Shown: positions 20,578 to 30,400 of the stretch, one piece after another | Numbering within the stretch: the first letter of the stretch is position 1 | How the letters are laid out: the number at the start of each line of letters is the position of its first letter | Assembly (NCBI GenBank): GCA_902594545.1 | Contig: CACJMO010000001.1 | Span: forward strand, 21,112 to 85,111 | DNA: 64,000 nt | Source: an uncultured SAR86 cluster bacterium | GTDB lineage: Bacteria; Pseudomonadota; Gammaproteobacteria; Magnimaribacterales; Magnimaribacteraceae | Reading direction: 5' to 3' | The notes under the pieces: generated by a model | What the model was told of the DNA's origin: nothing | The model's database searches: none | Seen by the model: the letters and a program-made list of their open reading frames with translations, nothing else | Program-made: the position numbers and the translations under genes

Positions 20578-21900
20578 TTAGTTTACGCAGCTCTCATCCC
20601 GTGATGCTAAATCAAGTGCTTCTACCATGGCGTAATAGATATCAGTGTTATCAAGAGTTCCTGTAAAGTTCTCAGAACCCGGTCCATAAGCATAAACTGG
20701 AACAGGTACTCCAGTATGGGATCCATATCCAATACCAGTATTAAAAGAAAATTTCACTTCGGGAGATGTATAATTCGTTGGAGTAGCTGGTTCAATTAAC
20801 AGACCACCAGTCTCATGATCAGCAGTTGCTATTACTAGAGTTTCTTGATTATTTTTTGCAAAATCTAGAGCAGTTTTTACTGCTTCATCAAAATCTTGCA
20901 TTTCTCTTTTCAGGTAATCCAAATTATTAGCATGACCGGCCCAGTCGACCTGAGATCCTTCAACCATTACGAAAAAACCTTTACAACCATTTGAAGTAAA
21001 TTGTTCAGAACGCTTGAGCGCAAATTCCAACATCTCACTTGAAGTTGGTTCCAGAGAGTGATTGTCAGGCGTCTCTGCATCTCTTAAAGCTTCATCAGCA
21101 AAAAGTCCTACCACCTTACCTTTATTTGAATGATCGAAGTTATCCATATCGCTCTTTTTCATAAGAATTGTGTGAGAGGATTCTATCTCTTCAAGTAAAT
21201 TTACCTCATCAGACCTCTTACCGCCCATTTCTTCGGGTATGAAGAAGTGCCTGCCACCACCTAAAATCGTCATCACATCAGAGTCCATCATCTGTAAACT
21301 GATTTCATCAGTTTTCCATCTTAAATCTACGTGAGAGGCATAAGCTGCTGGAGTAGCATGTGTAATTTCTGAGGTAGATATTAGAGAACTTACGTAACCA
21401 TGTTTGTCGATTTTTTCGGTGAAGTTTTCAAGAATTTGGTTATCTTGATCGAGACCCAGTGCTCCATTATTAGTTTTTTTGCCTGTGCTAAAGGCTGTAG
21501 CAGAAGAGGCTGAATCAGTGACAATAGCATCTTGTGAGTGGGTCAGAACGATTCCAGAAACGGGGAATGTATCGACAGCAATTCTTTCGTTTGGACCACC
21601 CTTTAATAATCTATATGAGGAAACTTGAGTCAAACTCATACCGTCACTAATCAATAGGATAATATTTTTCGCTTTGTTCTCGACTGGTATTAATTCTTTT
21701 TGTACTAGAGGCTTTCCCTCTGGAAGAGTTTCGAGAAATGCATCTTTATCAGCAATAGATCCTTCAGGAATGGGAATGCTATTAATCAAAAAAGCTATAC
21801 CCAAGGATTCCAATACTTTATATCCAGCAAAGCCTCCCAAGCTGAAAGAAATGACAATTACTAAAATATTTTGTCTTAAAAAACTGATAATCTTTTTCAT
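20578..21900 (-). CDS. phoA: Alkaline phosphatase (PhoA family)
   Basis: SDGM, TDSA (active Ser), THATPA, EG..DWAGH, TADHETGG and SHT motifs; hydrophobic N-terminal anchor. Confidence 0.9.
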   Translation of the reverse strand: MKKIISFLRQNILVIVISFSLGGFAGYKVLESLGIAFLINSIPIPEGSIADKDAFLETLPEGKPLVQKELIPVENKAKNIILLISDGMSLTQVSSYRLLKGGPNERIAVDTFPVSGIVLTHSQDAIVTDSASSATAFSTGKKTNNGALGLDQDNQILENFTEKIDKHGYVSSLISTSEITHATPAAYASHVDLRWKTDEISLQMMDSDVMTILGGGRHFFIPEEMGGKRSDEVNLLEEIESSHTILMKKSDMDNFDHSNKGKVVGLFADEALRDAETPDNHSLEPTSSEMLEFALKRSEQFTSNGCKGFFVMVEGSQVDWAGHANNLDYLKREMQDFDEAVKTALDFAKNNQETLVIATADHETGGLLIEPATPTNYTSPEVKFSFNTGIGYGSHTGVPVPVYAYGPGSENFTGTLDNTDIYYAMVEALDLASRDESCVN

Positions 21901-21913
21901 AATCCCCTCTTTA

Positions 21914-22735
21914 TTATCTATTTAAGTAGCTATTTAGAGCTGCCCAAGCTATCTCTTGAAGTCGTGATTGCGTTTCTTGACCTAACCCATAATCGTATGA
22001 ATTGCCGATTGGTGAAACATTATATATTGAAGAATAAATAACTGCTGCCATTAGGTACGTACCAGCTTTACTCGGATGTCTTTTATCTGGTGTATATAGA
22101 TCTATCTCTGGAATTTCATCTTGAGCTAGCTTGAAAGCTAATCCAGCCGGAAAGACCATAACCTTATTTCGATTCCCGGCAGATATGTAAGCTGATGATA
22201 GTCCGTCTATCATCTCAGGAACATCCTTATATGCCCACGTCATTAACAAAGAAGGCTCTACTCCATTGGCTTTTAAGGTTTTACTATGTTTATCTACGTA
22301 GAAGTTAAATAAATCTTTCCTATCTTCATGGATAGGACACTGACTGCAGTCCATCATAACGGCGAGCTCATATTTTTCAGGTTCATAGCGTTTGTATTTA
22401 TTGCTGGAAGTGATGGAGAAAGAACCTATTTTTTCATTGGTTACATAGGATTCAACATCATGCCATTCTAGAGAAGAGCTATTGATGGTTATATTTCTAA
22501 ATCTGTGCCCCTTTCCTAGAGATTCATTTGCCTTAACCATACCCAAAACTGGTTTATGGACTCCGTTATTGTAATAAAAGAAGCTATTGCCTATAAAAAG
22601 TACAGACTTAGGATTATCTACTTTAGGGCTCTTTAATAATGGAGCATTCTGACCCAATAAAGTCTGTGAAGTAAGAAAAAAAATGGTGCAAAAAAGTACA
22701 CCTAATTGATTAATTTTCACTTGCATCTTCTGCAT
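21914..22735 (-). CDS. Secreted SGNH/GDSL-like hydrolase
   Basis: VLFIGNSF block I and DKRHPS block V; signal peptide after ATG 22735 or 22726. The 23029 start in the track overlaps the opposite-strand gene. Confidence 0.7.
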   Translation of the reverse strand: MQKMQVKINQLGVLFCTIFFLTSQTLLGQNAPLLKSPKVDNPKSVLFIGNSFFYYNNGVHKPVLGMVKANESLGKGHRFRNITINSSSLEWHDVESYVTNEKIGSFSITSSNKYKRYEPEKYELAVMMDCSQCPIHEDRKDLFNFYVDKHSKTLKANGVEPSLLMTWAYKDVPEMIDGLSSAYISAGNRNKVMVFPAGLAFKLAQDEIPEIDLYTPDKRHPSKAGTYLMAAVIYSSIYNVSPIGNSYDYGLGQETQSRLQEIAWAALNSYLNR

Positions 22736-22769
22736 AGAATAGCAAAGATAGGGTAAAGGGAGAAAGACT

Positions 22770-23591
22770 ATGGAGAAAATAGATACAGGCACTGAACACC
22801 TCATTTTTGAAAAGGAAAACGGCGTTGCGGTGCTAACAATGAATCGTCCTGAAGCCAGAAATGCAATGTCAGGAGAGATGAACGAAGCGATGCGGGCTTC
22901 GCTTGAGGAAGTGGAACTTGATCCTACCATTAGATGTGTTGTTCTAACGGGTGCAGGTAAAGGATTTTGTGCTGGTGGAGATGTAAAAGGTATGGCTTCA
23001 TCCGGAGATGGAACGGTTGGTGAAAACACAATCGATGCAGCTATTCATAGGCAAAGAGTCCATCAAAGAGCGACAGCAGGAAAACTTTTTAAAATGCCAA
23101 AACCTACTATCGCTGCACTACCAGGTGCCGCAGCCGGTGCTGGTCTATCTTATGCTCTCGCGTGTGACCTTAGAGTTATGGCGAGCAATGCCATAATGAC
23201 AACAGCCTTTGCTAAAGTGGGATTTTCAGGAGACTATGGCGGTAGTTACTTTATGACTCAGCTAATAGGATCTGCCAAAGCTAGAGAGCTATATTTTCTC
23301 TCGGATAGAGTGACTGCAAATGAAGCCTTAAATCTTGGATTAACAAACTGGGTTTGCGAGCCAGATGACCTGATGGATAAGACTATGGAAATTGCCAATA
23401 GATTAGCTAATGGACCTTCAGTTGCTTATCGTTATATGAAAGAAAATCTCAATCGTGCCATGAATGGAGAGGTAGATGATTGTTTAGATCTTGAAGCAAC
23501 TCATCATATCCATTGTGGTCAAACTGAAGATCACAGAAATGCAACAAAAGCCTTTGTAGAGAAGAAAGAGCCAGTATTCAAAGGAAAATAA
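22770..23591 (+). CDS. Enoyl-CoA hydratase/isomerase
   Basis: MNRPEARNA, FCAGGD, GAAAGAG, ACDLR motifs. Confidence 0.9.
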   Translation: MEKIDTGTEHLIFEKENGVAVLTMNRPEARNAMSGEMNEAMRASLEEVELDPTIRCVVLTGAGKGFCAGGDVKGMASSGDGTVGENTIDAAIHRQRVHQRATAGKLFKMPKPTIAALPGAAAGAGLSYALACDLRVMASNAIMTTAFAKVGFSGDYGGSYFMTQLIGSAKARELYFLSDRVTANEALNLGLTNWVCEPDDLMDKTMEIANRLANGPSVAYRYMKENLNRAMNGEVDDCLDLEATHHIHCGQTEDHRNATKAFVEKKEPVFKGK

Positions 23592-23664
23592 ATAAATAGA
23601 AATTTAAGGAAAACAAAATAGAAAGTGACGAAACCGCCCTATCTATTTCAAGCTTTGTCAGAAA

Positions 23665-24402
23665 TTAATTCGTTTCTTCAGGATTGTCTGGAACAAAGTT
23701 GTCCTTGGCTTCGATAGTCATAACATCAACAATAACTCCGATAACCATGTTCAATAGGACCACGGCATTAATGATGATAAAGCTGACAAAATAAATCCAA
23801 GCCAGTGGGTAAGTGCCTATAACATCACCCATGATAGCTCCCCAGTCATCATAAGTAGCAACCTGCATCAGCGTGAGCATAGCCACACCAATATTGCCCC
23901 AACGATCCGGTTCGAGTTCTCCAAAAATTAAAGTGCCTATAGCACCCCAGATGTAAATAAAAATGAACATCAAAAGTGCTATAAAACCTACTCTCGGAAC
24001 GGTTTTAATCAAGGCTTCAATAATATGTCTAAAGGCAGGAACCACTGTCACTATTCTTAAAATTCTTATGATCCTTAAAAGACGAGCTACAAAAACACTT
24101 TCAGCACCCCCGACCGGGATTAAGCTAATGGTGACTATGATGAAATCAAACACATTCCATCCGTCCTTGAAAAACTTCACCAAAGACTTTTCAGCAATCA
24201 TTCGAATAAGAATTTCTATGGTGAAAAATATGGTGATTGCGTAGTCGAAGACCTCCAGAAGGTAGACATAGTTTGGAGGAATATCATAAGAGGAAACACC
24301 AGCGTATAGAGCTGAAGCAAGAATCACAGAAATTACTAGGGTATTAAAAAACCTGCTGTTTCTGATCTTGAGAAAAAAATCAACAAAACTATTTCCGTTC
24401 AA
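23665..24402 (-). CDS. Bacterial voltage-gated cation channel (BacNav/NaChBac-like, 6TM)
   Basis: DGWNVFDF (S3), RLLRIIRILR (S4 voltage sensor), pore QVATYDDWG, S6 LNMVIGVIV. Confidence 0.88.
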   Translation of the reverse strand: MNGNSFVDFFLKIRNSRFFNTLVISVILASALYAGVSSYDIPPNYVYLLEVFDYAITIFFTIEILIRMIAEKSLVKFFKDGWNVFDFIIVTISLIPVGGAESVFVARLLRIIRILRIVTVVPAFRHIIEALIKTVPRVGFIALLMFIFIYIWGAIGTLIFGELEPDRWGNIGVAMLTLMQVATYDDWGAIMGDVIGTYPLAWIYFVSFIIINAVVLLNMVIGVIVDVMTIEAKDNFVPDNPEETN

Positions 24403-24444
24403 AACTGTCTCCTTTTCTGCATTATAGTTTAAAAGTTTAAATTA

Positions 24445-27400
24445 CTAGCAACCTCCGCTAGCACAAATCAAATAAATACCTTCCGCCATATAAAAATCAT
24501 TCGCTCCAGCAGTTCCTGTATCTCCAGATTTATATAAATTCACATTCACTCGTCCTCCACTCTCCGTAGGAGAAGAATCGCCGAAAAGAGCGCCCGCAAC
24601 TGCAGCTCCACCTAGCCAACTGTTATCAAGAGAATCCGTAGAAGTCCCTGTGTAAGTATTATTGGTTCCTGTGATAGCAACGGAAAAAGAAGCGAAACCA
24701 GCATTTGCTACAATCGGATTTTTATCATCAAAGTTGGTGAAGTCTAAAGTGCCTGAGTAGCCACTAGCACCCCAGTTAAATGACGCAGCAACATCAGCTG
24801 TGGTTGTGTATTTATGTACATCGTAATTTGTACCTGTCTGGTTATGTCTGTATGCAACATTGACCGCAGCAGCACCACTCATGGAAGCAGATCCAGAAGT
24901 TGGTATTTCATTTTGATCCACGAGCTCACCGCCTACCCAAGTACCTAAGTGAACTGAAGCATTTTGATCACCTGAATTAGGAGTTATATCTGCAGCACTC
25001 ATGGCCCAGAAACCCCAGGTTGAATACTCAGTATTAGGCATTGAATCATTGCCACCTGTATGAAATAGATCAGAATCCTCTTTGTCCAATGTATTGTAAG
25101 AAACCATTACTCCAGCCAAGTTATTGGAGCCGCCTGAAGTTCCATCAATTTGCGCTCCGTCATCTTGAATTTCAGCACCAAAGACTTCACTTGAAATATA
25201 GGCTGATTTTGCTTCATCGTTGGTGGTATCGCCAAACTTTAAAGTCATAGAGCCGGTATCCACTGTGCTCCAATTGGAAGTATAGTTATTTGAGGGTGCT
25301 GCACTGATGGTCATAGGTGCAACTACCTGAACATCATCGTTGGTCGTATCAAACGTAAAGGTTGCAAGCGTGCTGCTTGAGCGAATCGAAGAAAGCTGAG
25401 AGTTACCTGTGCCACTGACATCAAACTCTAAAATGCCGCTGAAAATTCCGCTGTACCCCGTGGCACTGGATGAGTAAAAATCTGAAGATCTAAAATTACT
25501 TAAGCTTGCATAGTCTGCATAAGATGAGCTTGAAGGTTTAACGTCTTGAACCACAGCAGAAATATTAAAGGAGCCAGTACTGAAGGTATCATTGTTTGAG
25601 TTGTAATTAACTCCCAAGGTCATATTACCTGACTTGTAGGGATCAGAAGATGTGATCATGGCGCCCCCAGGTTGATTGGAGCTATCACCCCAAAAGCAGC
25701 CACTATCATTAGAGGTTGCACACTCAATAGGAGAAGTACCGTAATTAATGCCCAGACCATCATTATCTGCATTGGTCGCACCTTGATAGGACCAATAATG
25801 ATAACCATCCATGCCCAAGCCAGTGTCTCCAGCTGAGTATCTGGTAGTATCATTTTTTCGATAATCCACATTAGATATCACAACATTCAATAGACTTTCT
25901 TGGTCATCTCGAGTGGTACTGCCTGAGGCACCGTCATAGGAATCTTTCAAAGAAATTTGTGCCCAAAGTCCAACCCCTATACCGCTTGGATTTAGTACCT
26001 GCCACCACATGGATTGACCTTCAGGCAACTCATTATCGCTGCCATTGAATCTAGAGGTATCAATCATAGAACTACTTAAGGCGGTGCTAGAGAAATCATA
26101 GTAGTTATCATAGCTGCCGTTACATGCCGAGGCGTTATTGCCAATCCCTAAGCAATAATCATGTCCAACATCACCATAAGACCAAAGCGTTTTTGGAATG
26201 AAATTAGGAATAAAATAATCGTTGCTGCTTCCACTAGCAGCAAAGTTTTCAAGTGGGATGACTGCCATGGCAATGACTCGCTTGTTGCTATCTGTAAAGG
26301 ATAAAAAGTTAGCATCCTTATAAACTTCTCCGGCTAGAGTTACTTGATCCTCATAGAGGTTGTAGGTGGATGTGGTTGGAGAACCAAAGGTGGTATTCGC
26401 GTAATTGATTATTTGTGTATCTAAACTTGAATCCATTTGCTGATTGACAGTAAGCCAAATAAAAACATCTGATTTGTATTCCGAGTCAGTCATCGAAGCT
26501 GGGAAAAAAGCAAATGATCCAAAACAATAAGTATCAAAGCCTGATGGACAATTTAATTGTGAATCACCTCTACTCGAGGCGCTCGATTGAAATCTAAATC
26601 CTGAATAAGTAAAGTCAACGCTCGGCATTCCGCCTGCGCTCCAACTAAAATCGCTACCACTCATAATGGTTTCTAGAAAAGTTACTATGGAATTATTTTT
26701 ATTTGTCCAATTGGAATTCTCACCAGTAAAAACTAGAACCTTATTTTCTTGCTGAATAAATGATAGTGCTGCTGACCTGTTACCAGCATAATTTGTATCA
26801 TCAGTTCGACTGTAAGCATCGTTTGCGCCATCAATCACTACACCATAACCAGATAAATCTGAAAAGGTGTAATTTCTGAGTTCGTGTTGATAAGAAGCAG
26901 TAAGAGGGTTGGTAGCAGCACTGTTTGCCTGAGTCCAGAATGTCTCGTAATTATAAGCACCTTGGTAATGGTTTGTAATTAAAAGGTCACCAATATCACC
27001 ACTGCTGCTGGTATAACTTACTTGTGCTTCTGCCTTATCGGTGGTCATGAACCAATATTCTGCGCTATAAAGTCGTCCTGCAGTCAGGAAGTCAGCATTG
27101 GCTATGGTGGTGGTGACTGCTGTGCCTAGAGGGCTGTAATACTTACCATCTACTACCTCAGAATTTGGTGCAAAAGAATAAAAGCCATTACCGGAGATAT
27201 CAGTGGGAAAGTAATATCGCCAATTTAGTTGGGTACCAGAATTGATCTCAACTGGCACATAATTGTTAGCCGTATCATCCACACTGGTAATATCAGTTGA
27301 ATTGGTGGTACCGACTTGTTCTAAAGTGTATGCAGCGAGACTTGATCCAGAAGGACCACGAGTTGCAGTTGCACTAAATCCACTTCTTGAAACTGAATTA

Positions 27401-30400
27401 TAATCAGCAGAATATCGTAGTACTGCCGATTCAAGTTCTTCAATATTACCCACATTGACCGTGAAATTATCAGTAGTTGTGGTGCCTCCTCCTGAAGCAG
27501 TTAACGTAAGTGCATAACTCTTGGCTGTTTCAAAATCCAAAGTAGCATTGGTGGTAATGTTACCATTGCTATCCACAGCAAAATTACTGCTGCCAGTGCC
27601 ACTTAGAGTATAAGAGACGCTGTCACTGTCAGGATTATTGATACTGGAACTACCGACCGAAGTTCCAGAACTAGAAGACTCGGCTAGAGCAGCTCCACTA
27701 TTTGCCAAGGAAACTGCAAGCGTATTGATTACTTCGTTATCTACAGTCAGTGTAAAAGTCTGTGATGTTGTGGTTACTCCATCAGTGGCTGTAACAGTAA
27801 AAGAATGAGATGTTTTGGTTTCGTAATCCAAGGCATTAGCAAGCGTTACCTCACCAGTAGAGCTGTTGATCGCAAATTTATTATCGGCATCAGTGATTGA
27901 GTAGCTTACTGTGCCTTCACTGTCTAACGCAGAGGACGTCACAATAGTTGTACCTGTAGAGATAGTTTCCAATTGAGAGCTTGAAGCCAGAGATGCGCTG
28001 AAAGCTAAGTCAACATCGGTTACATTTAATGTGAAAGTTTCTGAACTCGAAGTAGTCCCATCTGTTACTGTTACCGTAAACGAATGAGAAGTTTTAGTTT
28101 CGTAGTCCAAAGCATTTGCCAACGTAACCTCACCAGTAGAGTTGTTGATCGCAAATTTATTATCGGCATCAGTGATTGAGTAGCTTAGAGTTCCTTCAGC
28201 ATTACTTGTTGAAATCGTCAATATTGATGTGCCTGTTGATATAGTCTCTGCTTGATTTTCAGAAGCCAAACTTGAAGTTACCATTAGATCTACATCGGTA
28301 ACATTTAGAGTAAACGTTTCAGAGGTTGTAGTAACGCCATCGGTAGCAGTTACGGTGAAGGAGTATGAGGTATTGCTTTCGTAATCTAAAGCGCTTGCAA
28401 GAGTGACTTCACCCGTAGCACTGTCTATAGAAAATTTATTATTGGAATCTGTCAGTGAATAACTGACTATACCCTTACTTTCTGAGGTTGAAGAAGTCAG
28501 AATAGATGTTCCCGTAGAAATATTTTCTTGTTGCGAAGATTGAGCTAAAGCACCGGTAAAGGTTAGACCCGCATCCCCAACATTTAGCGTGAAGGTCTCA
28601 GATGAAGTCGTAACTCCATCAGTAGCCGTTACAGTAAATGAGTGAGAGGTTTTAGTTTCATAATCCAAAGCATTAGCAAGTGTTACCTCACCGGTAGAGC
28701 TATTAATTGAGAATTTGTTATCTGCATCTGTGATCGAGTAACTAACTGTTCCCTTACTTTCTGAGGTTGAAGAAGTCAGAATAGAAGTTCCTGTAGATAT
28801 ATTTTCTTGTTGCGAGGATTGAGCTAAAGCACCGCTTAAGGAAAGACCAGCATCCCCAACATTTAGCGTGAAGGTCTCAGATGAAGTCGTCACTCCATCA
28901 GTAGCCGTAACCGTGAAGGAATGAGAGGTTTTGGTTTCATAATCTAATGCACTGGAAAGGGTTACTTCTCCGGTAGAGCTGTCGATGGAAAATTTACTGT
29001 CATCATCAGTTAAGGAGTAACTGACTGTTCCTTCACTATTAGAAGCAGAGGACGTCACAATAGTTGTACCTATAGATATATCTTCGTTTTGATTTTGTGA
29101 TTCTAATGTTCCCGAATAACTAAGATTAATGTCGCTGACAGTAATCGTGAGTTGCTTAGTTTTAGTTTCTTTTCCATCTGAAGCAGAAACGGCAAGTGTA
29201 TAAGAATCTTTTGATTCAAAGTCCAATGCTGATTCAAGAGTAATCTTGCCCTGACTATCTATAGAAAAAATATTACTCTCTAATGTAGCATCATCTAGAT
29301 CTGTAATAGAGTATGTGACTTCTCCGGCAGCATCTGAAGAGCTTGCGATTGCTACAGACGTACCCGTTGATATATTTTCTGCCAGCGTAACTTCTGTAGC
29401 ATCTAAAGAAAGAGAAAGTTCACTAATATCAGTTACCGAGAAGCTTATCTGAGTTTGTATCGAGTTGGTGCCATCACTACTCGTCAGAGTCAATTCATAA
29501 GAAGTTTTGGTCTCGTAATCTAAACCGGTCTTCAAAGTAATGACGCCTTGATCGTCAACTGAAAATTGATCACTTCCTGTACCTGATAAAGTATAAGTAA
29601 GTGTGTCGGATTCAGGATCGGTGTAAGCAACGGTAGCTATAGTTGATCCTGTAGTAATATTTTCAGCAAATTCACTTCCCTGAAGGCTGATTTTTACATC
29701 TGGTGATTCATTAACATCTGATAACGTAATAGTAAGAGGTGAAGTTGTAGAATTGGTTCCATCAGATGCTGTGATGTTGAAGGTATAAGATTTTTGTGTC
29801 TCATAATCAAAAGCTACCTTCGAAGTAATATTGCCTTCGCTATCGATCTCAAAGTTTTCACTGTCCGTTCCCGATAAAGAATAGGTAATAGTTTGAGATT
29901 CTGGGTCGATGGAACTAATCGTAGCCAATGCAGTGCCCACTGCAATGCTTTCTTCAAAACTTTCTGATTTCAGCGATGAAGAGAGACTGGGTGCCTCATC
30001 AACATCAGATATATCAAATGTAATTACAGAGCTGCTTGTCAATTCACCATCACTAGCAACTAAGGTAATTTCATAATTGTTGTCAGTTTCGAAGTCTAAA
30101 TTATTCTTTAGAGTTACATTTCCTTTCTCATCCACATAAAAGTATTCACTTCCCGTACCTATCAAACTATAAGTTATCGCATTGGACTCAGGATCTGAGG
30201 CGCTTGAAGTTGCAATAATCGTACCAATGGCTGAATCTTCACTAAAAGATGTCAAAGCCAAGGTTGAAGATAATGAAGGTGCTTCGTTAATATCACCAAC
30301 ATTGATTAAAACTTCCGTCTCAGAGCTAAGCTCTCCATCAGTCGCTGTTACAGTGAGCGTGTAAGAGGCTTTGGCTTCAAAATCAAAGCTCTCAGCCAAA

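Noticed and set aside
22736-23029. N-terminal extension of the SGNH ORF
   Set aside because: Antisense shadow of the enoyl-CoA hydratase; the signal peptide begins at about 22735.
23612-23650. Imperfect hairpin between convergent genes as an ncRNA or terminator
   Set aside because: Several mismatches; too weak to call.
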